DNA of 64,000 nt from Candidatus Omnitrophota bacterium (lineage in GTDB: Bacteria > Omnitrophota > Omnitrophia > Omnitrophales > Aquincolibacteriaceae): positions 566 through 64,565 of the forward strand of contig JBDRCT010000010.1 of the NCBI GenBank assembly GCA_043821445.1, read 5' to 3'. Shown here in pieces: positions 9,096 to 19,807 of this stretch (position 1 is the first letter of the stretch; every line of letters starts with the position of its first letter). A program made the position numbers and the translations under genes. The notes under the pieces are model-generated. The model did not search any database. It was not told where the DNA came from and was given only the letters and a program-made list of their open reading frames with translations.

Positions 9096-10031
9096 ATGAA
9101 AATCGTATTTTTTGGTTCCGACGCGTTCTCCATCAAGTCCCTCGAAGCCTGCCTGCATTCCGGCATGGAACTTGTGCGGATCGTGACTACTCCGGCGAGG
9201 AAAAAAGGACGCGGCCTCAAACTTGAATCCAGCAAGATCTTCGATTATTGTCAGGCCAAGAACCTTCCCGTCATCGAGTATGCCACGCTGCGAGACCCCA
9301 AAGTCGGCCCGGAGCTGCTTACCCTGCGGCCGGATATTTTTGTCGTTGCATCTTACGGGAAACTCATCCCCAACAACCTTCTTGAGATCCCAAAATACCG
9401 TCTCAATGTTCACCCGTCACTGTTGCCGAAATACCGGGGTTCCGCGCCCATTCACTGGCCCATCCTGAACGGGGATACAGAGACCGGTGTGAGCATCATC
9501 GATATTGCCGAAAAAGTCGACGCCGGCGACATTTATTGCCAGGAAAGGATCGCGATCGATCCGCGGACCGACGCCGAGCAGCTGGCCTCCGAATTGGCCC
9601 GTTTTTCCTACGGGATCCTCAAAAAAGTTCTCGCACAAGTCCAAGACGGAAAGCTTCATGGCATTCCGCAAAACGAAGCCGAGTCCACACTTGCGCCCCA
9701 GCTTTCCAAACAGGACGGGGAACTTTCGCTCACAACCATGACGGCCGTAGAAATGGACCGCAAGGTCCGGGGGCTTCAACCCTGGCCGGGTGCCTATTGT
9801 TTCGTAAAAAACGAACGCATTGCCTTGCTCGAGACCGATCTTCCCGCCGTAGCGACCTCAGAAAAACCGGGGACACTTCTTGCCCTCGAAAAAAAAGGCG
9901 GCATCCAGGTCGCAACTCGAGACGGAGTCCTCGAGATCCTCAAAGTCAAACCGGAAGGAAAGAACTCCATGACGGCTGCCGACTTTGTCCGCGGCCGCCG
10001 GCTTCAGGCTAGAGATCTTATCACCGCTTAA
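9096..10031 (+). CDS. fmt: Methionyl-tRNA formyltransferase
   Basis: MKIVFFGS, VVASYGKLIP, LNVHPSLLPKYRGSAPI, GDTETGVSI, DAGDI, RGLQPWPGAY. Confidence 0.97.
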   Translation: MKIVFFGSDAFSIKSLEACLHSGMELVRIVTTPARKKGRGLKLESSKIFDYCQAKNLPVIEYATLRDPKVGPELLTLRPDIFVVASYGKLIPNNLLEIPKYRLNVHPSLLPKYRGSAPIHWPILNGDTETGVSIIDIAEKVDAGDIYCQERIAIDPRTDAEQLASELARFSYGILKKVLAQVQDGKLHGIPQNEAESTLAPQLSKQDGELSLTTMTAVEMDRKVRGLQPWPGAYCFVKNERIALLETDLPAVATSEKPGTLLALEKKGGIQVATRDGVLEILKVKPEGKNSMTAADFVRGRRLQARDLITA

Positions 10032-10066
10032 GGACCGCCTTGCCGCGTTCCTTGCAGTAGAATTCC

Positions 10067-10094
10067 TTGACACTCGGCGATGCGCGCCTATAAT
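10067..10094 (+). promoter_or_regulatory. sigma70-type promoter of the gap operon
   Basis: Perfect TTGACA-N16-TATAAT about 75 bp upstream of gap, followed by an AGGAGG RBS. Confidence 0.8.
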
Positions 10095-10126
10095 TAGCGC
10101 AAATCTGAAATGTTTTCCCCTCGTAA

Positions 10127-11242
<1,116 letters not shown>

Positions 11243-11269
11243 ACTTCCGGATCTGAAAAGGCCTTACGC

Positions 11270-12532
11270 ATGAAAAAGAAAACCGTTAAAGACATTGATG
11301 TTCGCGGGAAACGCATTCTCATGCGCGTAGATTTCAATGTGCCTATGAAAGACGGCGTGGTACAGGATGATACCCGCATTCGAGCGACCTTGCCCACTAT
11401 CCAATATTTGCTTGATCAAGGCGCCAAAAGCCTGGTGTTGATGTCCCATCTTGGGGATCCCAAAAAGGACATGCAAAAGGCCAAGGAAAAAGCGGAAAAG
11501 GACGGCAACGCTTTTGATGAAAAAAAATACATTGAGGGCAAACATAAGATGGCGCCGGTCGCCGCGCAGCTCGCAAAACTTCTTGGGAAGGAAGTGAAAC
11601 TCGCCCCCGCGTGCATGGGGCCTGAGACCGAAGCCATGGTCAAAGAGATCCCTCAGGGCGGTATCCTGATGCTTGAGAACACCCGTTTTCACAAAGAAGA
11701 GACTTCCAAGGACGCGGCCGATCGAGAAAAGATGGCCAAGGCCCTGGCCCAATATGGTGATATTTTCGTCAATGACGCTTTTGGATCTGCGCATCGCGCT
11801 CACGCGTCGACTGAAACTGTCGCGAAATATTTGCCCGCGGTGGCGGGTTTCTTGATGGAAAAAGAATTGGAATACCTTCAGGATAAGGTCGTCGATCACC
11901 CTGAGCATCCTTTCATTGCCATTATCGGCGGCGCAAAGGTCTCGTCAAAAATCGACGTCCTCAAAAGTTTGATCGATAGGGTCGATCATATCATTATCGG
12001 TGGCGGCATGGCCTACACCTTTCTCACGGCCAAGGGAATCACATGCGGATCCTCGCTCGTGGAACCGGACATGTACGAACTTGCGCGTGAGATCCTTGAG
12101 AAGGCCTACAAGACCCGCAAATACATCTATTTGCCCATCGACCATATTATTACGCAGTCTTTTACCGCGAATGCTCCCAGTAAACACGTGGCACGCAACG
12201 GGATCGATGAGGGCTGGATGGGAATGGACATCGGCCCCATGACGGTGGAAAAATACACCAAGGCCCTCAAGGGCGCTAAGACGGTCTTCTGGAACGGCCC
12301 GCTGGGGGTCTTTGAATTCCCTAATTTTGCGAACGGAACGATCGCGATCGCCAAGGTGTTGGCAGAGCTCCCGGATTGTGTGACGGTGATCGGCGGCGGG
12401 GATTCGGTGTCGGCCGTCAATAAAGCCGGAGTTGCGGGAAAAATGTCCCATATTTCCACGGGCGGTGGCGCGTCGCTTGAGCTCGTGGAGGGCAAGGTGC
12501 TACCTGGTGTGGCCGCGCTTCTCGACAAATAA
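11270..12532 (+). CDS. pgk: Phosphoglycerate kinase
   Basis: [54 protein letters not shown]. Confidence 0.98.
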   Translation: MKKKTVKDIDVRGKRILMRVDFNVPMKDGVVQDDTRIRATLPTIQYLLDQGAKSLVLMSHLGDPKKDMQKAKEKAEKDGNAFDEKKYIEGKHKMAPVAAQLAKLLGKEVKLAPACMGPETEAMVKEIPQGGILMLENTRFHKEETSKDAADREKMAKALAQYGDIFVNDAFGSAHRAHASTETVAKYLPAVAGFLMEKELEYLQDKVVDHPEHPFIAIIGGAKVSSKIDVLKSLIDRVDHIIIGGGMAYTFLTAKGITCGSSLVEPDMYELAREILEKAYKTRKYIYLPIDHIITQSFTANAPSKHVARNGIDEGWMGMDIGPMTVEKYTKALKGAKTVFWNGPLGVFEFPNFANGTIAIAKVLAELPDCVTVIGGGDSVSAVNKAGVAGKMSHISTGGGASLELVEGKVLPGVAALLDK

Positions 12533-12554
12533 ACCCAAAGAAAGAAAAGACCTT

Positions 12555-13340
12555 ATGAAAAAAAGACCCCTGATCGCCGGAAACTGGAAAATGTACAAGA
12601 CTGCCTCCGAGGCCGTCACGCTCGTTCAAACGCTCAAAGCGGCCGCGCACACGGTCACAAACGTCACCATCGTGATCTGCCCGCCCTTTACGGCCCTCAG
12701 TGAAGTTTCCAAGGTCCTGAATGACACTTTGATCGATCTCGGAGCCCAGAATATGTACTGCGCTCCTGAGGGTGCTTTCACGGGTGAGATTTCGCCCACC
12801 ATGCTCAAAGACTCCGGTTGCCGTTATGTGATCCTCGGACATTCCGAGCGCCGCCAATACTTCAAAGAAGATGATATTCTGATCCATGAAAAAGTGAAGA
12901 CGGCCCTTAAATACAGCATCATTCCCATCGTATGTATCGGCGAAACGCTCGCAGAACGGGATGCGAAGAAGCATTTTGACGTGGTTAAAACCCAATTCGA
13001 CGAATCGATCGGCCGCCTCGAAAAAGAGGATATCGCCAAGGTCGTCATCGCCTACGAGCCGGTCTGGGCCATCGGAACGGGGAAGACCGCAACCCCGGAC
13101 CAGGCCGAGCAGATGCATTCTTATATCCGCCGTCTTCTCAACGAGCGTTACAGTCAAGAGGTCGGCAGTCGCATTTCCATTCTCTACGGGGGGAGCGTCA
13201 AGCCGGACAATACCAAGTCCCTCATGGAAAAACCCAATATTGACGGCGCTCTGGTCGGCGGCGCATCCCTCAAAGCGGAATCGTTTGCCCAGATCATCCA
13301 GGAAGCTCAACAAACTTATGAATCGGGGAACCACTCATGA
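12555..13340 (+). CDS. tpiA: Triosephosphate isomerase
   Basis: IAGNWKM, GHSERR, AYEPVWAIGTG, LYGGSV, DGALVGGASL; start at ATG 12555. Confidence 0.98.
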   Translation: MKKRPLIAGNWKMYKTASEAVTLVQTLKAAAHTVTNVTIVICPPFTALSEVSKVLNDTLIDLGAQNMYCAPEGAFTGEISPTMLKDSGCRYVILGHSERRQYFKEDDILIHEKVKTALKYSIIPIVCIGETLAERDAKKHFDVVKTQFDESIGRLEKEDIAKVVIAYEPVWAIGTGKTATPDQAEQMHSYIRRLLNERYSQEVGSRISILYGGSVKPDNTKSLMEKPNIDGALVGGASLKAESFAQIIQEAQQTYESGNHS

Positions 13341-13813
13341 ACATTCTCGTTGTTTGCCTCCATGTTATTGTTTGTCTTGTTCTGATCGTCGTTATTTTGC
13401 TCCAGGCCGGAAGGGGGCAGGGCCTTACGGGCGCCAGTTTCGGCGGCAACGTCCAGTCTCTTTTGGGGACTAAAGCGTCGTCGTTCCTTACCAAGGCGAC
13501 AAGCGTCTGTGCGATCTTGTTCCTTTTCACTTGTATCGGTTTGAACGTCCTCGAGGTTCAAAAAAGCCGGTCGCTTTTCAAATCCCCTAAATCCCAAGCG
13601 CCGCTTGACATCGAGCAGATCAAAAAAACACTTGAGAAAATGAAGCAGGCAGAAAAAACAGGGGCGGCCGCGGCGACCCAAGCCGCCGCTACGACCGGGG
13701 CGACCGACGTCGAAAAAGCTACCGAGACCGCGAAAGCCGACACTGCGAAACTCGCGGAAGCTTCTACAACGGAAGCCGCTGCCACCGCGACGGAAACGGC
13801 TAAGAAACCATAG
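13337..13813 (+). CDS. secG: Preprotein translocase subunit SecG with long Ala/Thr-rich tail
   Basis: Two TM helices around LLQAGRGQGL...FGG; FLTKATS; conserved position after tpiA (ATGA overlap). Confidence 0.92.
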   Translation: MNILVVCLHVIVCLVLIVVILLQAGRGQGLTGASFGGNVQSLLGTKASSFLTKATSVCAILFLFTCIGLNVLEVQKSRSLFKSPKSQAPLDIEQIKKTLEKMKQAEKTGAAAATQAAATTGATDVEKATETAKADTAKLAEASTTEAAATATETAKKP

Positions 13814-13848
13814 CCGGACTTCCGGTTCTTCCGCCCCATGCGGACCTT

Positions 13849-15912
13849 ATGAAAGTCTCCGAGCCGAAACTTGGGGAATTGCGCTACATCAAGGGAGTCG
13901 GTCCCAAGCGTGCGCTCCTATTCCAAAAAATAGGCATCCGGTCGGTCCGTGACCTTCTTTATCTTTTCCCGCGCCGCTATGAAGACCGTTCGCATTTTGC
14001 TTCTCTGAACCACTTGCCTCTCAATGAGCCGATCACGTGCCGCGGCGAGGTCATGGATGTGAAATTCAAACCCATCCGGGGCATGCCGCTCGTCGAAATT
14101 TTGATCGGTGATGATTCGGGGACCCTACGCGCGGTCTGGTTCAATCAGCCTTACTTGAAAAGACTTTTTCTTTGCGGGCAGCAGGTCATCCTGTACGGCA
14201 GGGTCGAGTTTTACCAAAAACATCTCCAGATGTCGGCCCCGGAATTCGAGATCGTGGAAAGTCCGGAGGCCGAATCCATCCATACCGGACGCATCACACC
14301 GATCTACCCGCTGACCGAAGGACTTTTTCAGCGATCCCTCCGCACGACCTTGAGGGAGGCCGTCGAACATCATCTGGACGGCACTGTCACAGACGCTTTG
14401 CCACCCGAACTAAGAGCTGAAATGGATCTTATGACGCTCGACCGTGCCCTCCGTGAAATGCATCTTCCGAGCTCTTTCGAGGAACTCGAGCGAGCGCGGC
14501 GGCGCATCGTCTTCGATGAATTTTTTTCTTTTGAGCTCCAGATCTTTCTGAAAGTCAAAGCAATCCGGACACAGTATCAGGCCCCCGCATTCAATATAAG
14601 TCCGGAACTGACGCTTGAGTTCAAGCGTTCATTGCCTTTTGAGCTCACAAGAAGCCAGGAGAAAGCGATCCTGGATCTCGTGAAGGATCTGGGACAAACG
14701 GTCCCGATGAACCGTCTTTTGCAAGGGGACGTGGGATCCGGCAAAACGGTGGTCGCCGCGTTCGCATTTCTTGCGGCGCATCGATCGGGGTTTCAATCCG
14801 CTTTTCTCATTCCGACCGAAATTCTTGCGGAGCAACATTACCGGACCCTCATGAGATTTTTGGAACCCGTTGGGATCCGTCCCGAGCTTCTGACCAAAAG
14901 CACAGAAACGGACAGGCGCGCGCGACTTATTGCGGAGCTCAAAGCCGGGAAGGTCCCTGTCGTGGTCGGCACGCACGCACTTTTGCAAGAGGACGTTCAA
15001 TTTAAGGAACTAGGACTCCTCGTGGTCGATGAGCAGCACAAGTTCGGGGTCCATCAGCGCAATCAGCTTTTACAGAAGACGCCGCGGCCGCATCAGCTTG
15101 TCATGACCGCAACGCCGATCCCGCGAACCCTGGCTCTTACCGTTTATGCGGATCTGGATATTTCCGTTATGAAAGAACTGCCCAAAGGCCGTCAACCGAT
15201 CAAGACTTACTGGATCACACGTAAAAAACAGCCCGATGTCTTCGACCATATGGCCCTGCGGATCCAAAAGGGGGAGCAGGCCTACATCGTGTTCCCGCTG
15301 ATCGAAGAAACTGAGAAAAAGGACCTCTTGGCTGCGAAAAAAGAGTTTGAACGCCTCCGGAAAACCGTATTCAAAAAATTCCGGATGGGACTGGTCCACG
15401 GCAAATTGGAGCGCTCGGAGCGGGAAGCGATCATGCGCGCCTTTTCCCGAAATGAGATCGATATCCTCGTTGCGACTTCGGTGATCGAGGTGGGGATGGA
15501 CCAGCCGAACGCCACCATGATGATCATTGAGAATGCCGAACGGTTCGGGCTTGCGCAACTCCACCAATTGCGCGGACGCATCGGCCGCGGCAAACTCGGA
15601 TCCGATTGCTTTCTTTTTGGCGAGCCCTCAACCGACGAGGGAAAAATGCGCCTGAGACTTCTCACCAAACTAAACGACGGGTTCCTTATCGCCGACGAAG
15701 ATCTTAAGCTTCGCGGGCAGGGGGACCTTTGGGGGACCCGGCAATCAGGCGAACCGTTCTTTCGCGTCGCACATCCGGTCACGGACGAGGCCATCCTGCT
15801 TCGGGCAAGACAGGAGGCTCAAAAATGGGTCAGCGGCATTCCCGGAAGCCTCTCTCAAAAAATTCCCGCATGGATCCAAAAATATCTCGAACAAATGCCT
15901 AAAACCGATTAG
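13849..15912 (+). CDS. recG: ATP-dependent DNA helicase RecG
   Basis: KGVGPKR, RLLQGDVGSGKT, DEQH, MTATPIPRTL, NAERFGLAQLHQLRGRIGRG, DLKLRG.G...GTRQSG. Confidence 0.97.
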   Translation: MKVSEPKLGELRYIKGVGPKRALLFQKIGIRSVRDLLYLFPRRYEDRSHFASLNHLPLNEPITCRGEVMDVKFKPIRGMPLVEILIGDDSGTLRAVWFNQPYLKRLFLCGQQVILYGRVEFYQKHLQMSAPEFEIVESPEAESIHTGRITPIYPLTEGLFQRSLRTTLREAVEHHLDGTVTDALPPELRAEMDLMTLDRALREMHLPSSFEELERARRRIVFDEFFSFELQIFLKVKAIRTQYQAPAFNISPELTLEFKRSLPFELTRSQEKAILDLVKDLGQTVPMNRLLQGDVGSGKTVVAAFAFLAAHRSGFQSAFLIPTEILAEQHYRTLMRFLEPVGIRPELLTKSTETDRRARLIAELKAGKVPVVVGTHALLQEDVQFKELGLLVVDEQHKFGVHQRNQLLQKTPRPHQLVMTATPIPRTLALTVYADLDISVMKELPKGRQPIKTYWITRKKQPDVFDHMALRIQKGEQAYIVFPLIEETEKKDLLAAKKEFERLRKTVFKKFRMGLVHGKLERSEREAIMRAFSRNEIDILVATSVIEVGMDQPNATMMIIENAERFGLAQLHQLRGRIGRGKLGSDCFLFGEPSTDEGKMRLRLLTKLNDGFLIADEDLKLRGQGDLWGTRQSGEPFFRVAHPVTDEAILLRARQEAQKWVSGIPGSLSQKIPAWIQKYLEQMPKTD

Positions 15913-15923
15913 ACTACAGATCC

Positions 15924-16523
15924 ATGCGCATCATCAGCGGTAAATTTAAGTCCCGGAAGATCGATTTCCCCAAGAATAGACTGACCCGTCCCATGACAGA
16001 CAGGACCAAAGAGACCCTTTTTAATATCGTGGGTTCGTTCGTCTTCGGGAAACACGTTCTGGACCTCTATGCCGGATCGGGAAGTCTTGGCTTGGAATCC
16101 TTGAGCCGGGGTGCGATCAGCGCGACCTTCGTCGACCAGGCGCCATGGGCGCAGAAAGTGATCGAGAAGAACCTGGCAAGTCTCGGGATAAGCGATCAGG
16201 GCACGGTCCTCACGCGGGACATACTCTCGGCCGTCAAAAAACTCGAGAAATCCGGGCAGGGATTTTCGCTGATCTTTGTAGACCCGCCCTTTATGAAAGG
16301 CCGGGTCAAAAAGACATTGATGAGGCTGGACGCGTCTGATATAGTCCTGCCTTTCGCGCAAGTGGTGGTGGGGCATATGTGGCGGGAAGAACTGCCGAAT
16401 GCCGAGCTTAAAAACCTTAAATGGGTCCGCACAAAACGGATCGGGCAAGCCTGCCTGTCCTTTTATTTCCGATTGGAATCAAAAAATGAAAAAACGAAAA
16501 GCTATATATACGGGGAGCTTTGA
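15924..16523 (+). CDS. rsmD: 16S rRNA m2G966 methyltransferase
   Basis: MRIISGKFK, RPMTDRTKETLFN, LDLYAGSGSLGLE.LSRGA, DPPF; recG-rsmD-coaD synteny. Confidence 0.95.
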   Translation: MRIISGKFKSRKIDFPKNRLTRPMTDRTKETLFNIVGSFVFGKHVLDLYAGSGSLGLESLSRGAISATFVDQAPWAQKVIEKNLASLGISDQGTVLTRDILSAVKKLEKSGQGFSLIFVDPPFMKGRVKKTLMRLDASDIVLPFAQVVVGHMWREELPNAELKNLKWVRTKRIGQACLSFYFRLESKNEKTKSYIYGEL

Positions 16524-16983
16524 TCCCGTCACGTTCGGCCATCTGGATCTGATCGAGCGGGCGCTCAGCCTCTTTGATGAACTGATCGTGGTCGTAGCCT
16601 CGAATCCTTCGAAGAAGACTCTTTTTACGGCGGAGGAGCGGGTCGGTTTCTTGAAAGCGGCGCTCAAACACCGTCCCCAGGTCAAGGTGAAGCACTGGGA
16701 AGGTCTGACGGTCCATTTCGCAGAAAAAGAAAAAGCATTCACGCTCATCCGGGGGATTCGAGCGACCTCGGATTTCGATTATGAGTTTCAAATGGCTCTT
16801 ACGAACCGCAAGCTTGCTCCCATGATCGATACGGTGTTCTTGATGCCGTCCGAATCGCATTTTTATCTTTCCTCACGCCTCATCAAAGAGATCGCTCAGC
16901 TGGGCGGAGATGTGACGCGTTATGTCCCGCCGCTGGTCGCTATTCGGATCCAAAAAAAATTTCCAGACCGCAATGCCCGTTAA
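16486..16983 (+). CDS. coaD: Phosphopantetheine adenylyltransferase
   Basis: YTGSFDPVTFGHLDLI, IRGIR..SDFDYE.QMA..NR, LSSRLIKEIA; start at ATG 16486. Confidence 0.96.
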   Translation: MKKRKAIYTGSFDPVTFGHLDLIERALSLFDELIVVVASNPSKKTLFTAEERVGFLKAALKHRPQVKVKHWEGLTVHFAEKEKAFTLIRGIRATSDFDYEFQMALTNRKLAPMIDTVFLMPSESHFYLSSRLIKEIAQLGGDVTRYVPPLVAIRIQKKFPDRNAR

Positions 16984-16984
16984 T

Positions 16985-17467
16985 ATGAAATTCATCCTTT
17001 CAGAGTTTCAAGAGGGCGTCCCGGTCCATGTCGAGGGATCGTATGACGCGAAAGCGATCGAGGTCGAGTTCCCGGACATGCTTTATACGGGGCCCGTACT
17101 TCTCGTGGGCGAAGCAGAGAAAAGCGGCGGCATGCTCCGGTTGCAAGGCACTCTGACGACGACGGTCAAGCGGATCTGCGGAAAATGCCTGAAGGAAAAG
17201 AACGAGACGTTATCCTTCGATATGGACTGGATCTTTGACCTCTCAGGAAAGGATACGATCGATCCCCTTGAGAATGTTCGTGAACTCCTGATCGTCGAAC
17301 ACCCCATAGTGCATCTGTGCAAAGCAAGCTGCCGGGGACTTTGCCCCCAGTGCGGCATCGATCTCAATGAAGGCGCTTGCAATTGCAAGAAAATTGGCTA
17401 TCATGCTTCCCCAGTCATCATAAAAAAAGAGAAATCCAAGAAGGAGCGACATCATGGCTCATCCTAA
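16985..17467 (+). CDS. DUF177 / YceD family protein
   Basis: C.KCL and LC...CRGLCPQCG.DLNEG.CNC motifs directly upstream of rpmF; start codon uncertain. Confidence 0.88.
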   Translation: MKFILSEFQEGVPVHVEGSYDAKAIEVEFPDMLYTGPVLLVGEAEKSGGMLRLQGTLTTTVKRICGKCLKEKNETLSFDMDWIFDLSGKDTIDPLENVRELLIVEHPIVHLCKASCRGLCPQCGIDLNEGACNCKKIGYHASPVIIKKEKSKKERHHGSS

Positions 17468-17651
17468 GAGAAAACATTCGAATACGCGCTCACGCTTGCG
17501 CCGAGCCAACGACCATCTGGTCCTGAAGTCCCGCTCGCAGTGCACGCAATGCGGCGCGTTCGTCCTGCCCCATCGCGTCTGTACTTCCTGTGGCTTTTAC
17601 AAAGGAAAGCTGGTGAAATCGATCAAAGTCAAGACCCAGGAGAAGGAATAG
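17454..17651 (+). CDS. rpmF: 50S ribosomal protein L32 (zinc-ribbon type)
   Basis: MAHPKRKHS..R...RRA, CTQCG...PHRVCTSCGFYKG. Confidence 0.96.
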   Translation: MAHPKRKHSNTRSRLRRANDHLVLKSRSQCTQCGAFVLPHRVCTSCGFYKGKLVKSIKVKTQEKE

Positions 17652-17656
17652 CCTTT

Positions 17657-18706
17657 ATGATCCGGATTGCCCTGGACGGAATGGGGGGCGATTACGCCCC
17701 GCAGGTCGTGGTCGAAGGCGCCGTCATGGCGGCCAACGACTTCGAGCATCTCGAGATCGTTCTTGTCGGTCAGACCGCTCCCTTGAAACAGGAACTGAAT
17801 AAGTATAAGGTCCTGGGTGGCAAGATCATCATCCTTGAAGCGAGTGAGGTCATCGGCATGGGGGAATCGCCGGTCGCCGCGCTCCGCAAGAAAAAAGATT
17901 CCTCGATCGGCGTTTGTGTCGACCTTTTGAAGAAAAAAGATTGTGACGCGGCCGTTTCCGCGGGAAACACGGGGGCCATGGTCGCCGCCGCTACGCTCCA
18001 TCTCGGCATGTTGCCCGGGATTAAGCGTCCCGGCATCGCCATTGCAACGCCAACACTCCACGGCATGTCCGTGACCACGGATGTGGGGGCAAATTTAAAC
18101 CCTTCCGCTTATGAACTTTTCCAATACGCGATTATGGCGGACGTGTTCGCCAAAAGCATTCTCAAGAAAAAACGTCCTGCGATCGGGCTTCTTAACATCG
18201 GAGAGGAAGAGTCCAAGGGGACCGAGGTCCTCAAGGAGACTTATAAGCTTTTGCGCGAATCATCGCTTAACTTTATCGGAAATATCGAAGGGCGTGATTT
18301 TTTTACCGGGAAGGCCGATTGTATTATTTGTGATGGTTTTGTCGGCAATGTGGTGCTCAAGATGATCGAAAGTATTCTCGAGACTTCTGTCGCGCTCATT
18401 GGCCGCGAACTCCGCAAGAACCTTTTCACATCTCTTGCCGCATGGCTCTTGAAACCGGCTCTTTCTTCCATCCGCAAAGCGACCGACTATGAAAAAGCGG
18501 GCGGGGCCCCGCTCCTCGGTGTGGACGGAAATATCATCATCAGTCACGGTATCTCCTCCGCCCTCGCCATTCGGAATGCGATCCGTGTCGCGGGCGAGCT
18601 TGTCACCACGCGTGTCAATGCGCAGATCGTGGAAGCCATCACTCCGTACCTGAACCATGCCGTCCCGTCCGTTTCTCCGGCGGAACGCAAATCCACCAAT
18701 GCATAA
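17657..18706 (+). CDS. plsX: Phosphate acyltransferase PlsX
   Basis: IALDGMGGDYAP, VSAGNTGA, DVGAN, LLNIGEEESKG, CDGFVGNVVLK, GGAPLLGV, HG.S. Confidence 0.97.
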   Translation: MIRIALDGMGGDYAPQVVVEGAVMAANDFEHLEIVLVGQTAPLKQELNKYKVLGGKIIILEASEVIGMGESPVAALRKKKDSSIGVCVDLLKKKDCDAAVSAGNTGAMVAAATLHLGMLPGIKRPGIAIATPTLHGMSVTTDVGANLNPSAYELFQYAIMADVFAKSILKKKRPAIGLLNIGEEESKGTEVLKETYKLLRESSLNFIGNIEGRDFFTGKADCIICDGFVGNVVLKMIESILETSVALIGRELRKNLFTSLAAWLLKPALSSIRKATDYEKAGGAPLLGVDGNIIISHGISSALAIRNAIRVAGELVTTRVNAQIVEAITPYLNHAVPSVSPAERKSTNA

Positions 18707-18708
18707 CT

Positions 18709-18788
18709 ATCCTGACTTTTATTTTCTTTTTAATGGTAGTCAGGATTGCCCCAATTTCAGATTCTCTGAAATTGATCGGGATTGGGAC
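18709..18788 (+). repeat. Double-hairpin dispersed element, copy 1
   Basis: ATCCTGACT/AGTCAGGAT stem around an AT-rich loop, then GGATTGCCCCAATTTC...GAAATTGATCGGGATTGGGAC; homologous to copies at 29.3, 46.9, 51.6 and 56.6 kb. Confidence 0.75.
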
Positions 18789-18815
18789 TAATCCCGCGAA
18801 GAAAATAAAGGAATC

Positions 18816-19802
18816 ATGACTGCACCTTATCGTGCTGCCATTACGGGGCTCGGGGCTTATTTGCCCGAAAAAATTTTAACGAACGCGGACATTGAAAAGA
18901 TCGTCGATACCACCGACGAGTGGATCCGCACGCGCACCGGCATCCATGAGCGCCGGATCGCTGCAGAAGACCAAGCCACGAGCGATCTCGCTCTCCCGGC
19001 CGCTCAAGAAGCCCTTAAGAATGCCGGACTTACCCCGCAAGATCTCGATCTTATCATCGTCGCAACCTGCTCTCCGGATATGATATTTCCCTCGGCTTCC
19101 TGCTATCTCCAGGCAAAACTGGGCGCTTCCTGCGGGGCTTTTGATCTCGGGGCCGCCTGTTCCGGCTTTGCCTACGCCCTTTCCGCCGCTGAAGGATTTG
19201 TAAAATCCGGCATTCATAAGAATGTGCTGGTCGTCGGGGCCGAAACGATCACAAGATTTATCGACTGGAAAGACCGCAGCACATGCGTTCTCTTTGGAGA
19301 CGGCGCCGGCGCGGCCGTTGTTTCCAGGTCCAGGGACGGTCATGGCATTCTCGCCTCGCATCTTGGAGCCGATGGCACCCAAAGTGAGATCCTCCAGATC
19401 CCGGCGGGCGGCTCCAGGATCCCTCCGAGTGCTGAAAGCGTTGCGAAGGGGCTTCATTACATTCGCATGGACGGCCAAGCACTTTTCAAGATCGCGGTCA
19501 AGACCATGGAACAGGCCGTCCTCAAGGTTCTCGAGCATGAAAAGCTTCAAGTGCATGACATCAACTGCCTCATCCCGCATCAGGCAAACAATCGCATACT
19601 GCAAGCCGTGGCGGAACGTCTTAACATCCCATCCGAAAAGGTCTTTATCAACGTGGACCGCTACGGCAATATGTCGAGTGCTTCCACGGTGATCGCTCTT
19701 TATGAAGCCGTAAAGTGCGGGGCGGTCAAGAAAGGGGACTATGTGGTCCTCGTTGCGTTCGGCGGCGGTCTCACCTGGGGCGCGAGTCTTATCAAGTGGT
19801 GA
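18816..19802 (+). CDS. fabH: Beta-ketoacyl-ACP synthase III
   Basis: DTTDEWIRTRTGI.ERR, AACSGF, LFGDGAGA, PHQAN.RI, GNMSSAS, FGGGLTWG. Confidence 0.97.
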   Translation: MTAPYRAAITGLGAYLPEKILTNADIEKIVDTTDEWIRTRTGIHERRIAAEDQATSDLALPAAQEALKNAGLTPQDLDLIIVATCSPDMIFPSASCYLQAKLGASCGAFDLGAACSGFAYALSAAEGFVKSGIHKNVLVVGAETITRFIDWKDRSTCVLFGDGAGAAVVSRSRDGHGILASHLGADGTQSEILQIPAGGSRIPPSAESVAKGLHYIRMDGQALFKIAVKTMEQAVLKVLEHEKLQVHDINCLIPHQANNRILQAVAERLNIPSEKVFINVDRYGNMSSASTVIALYEAVKCGAVKKGDYVVLVAFGGGLTWGASLIKW

Positions 19803-19807
19803 TCCCT

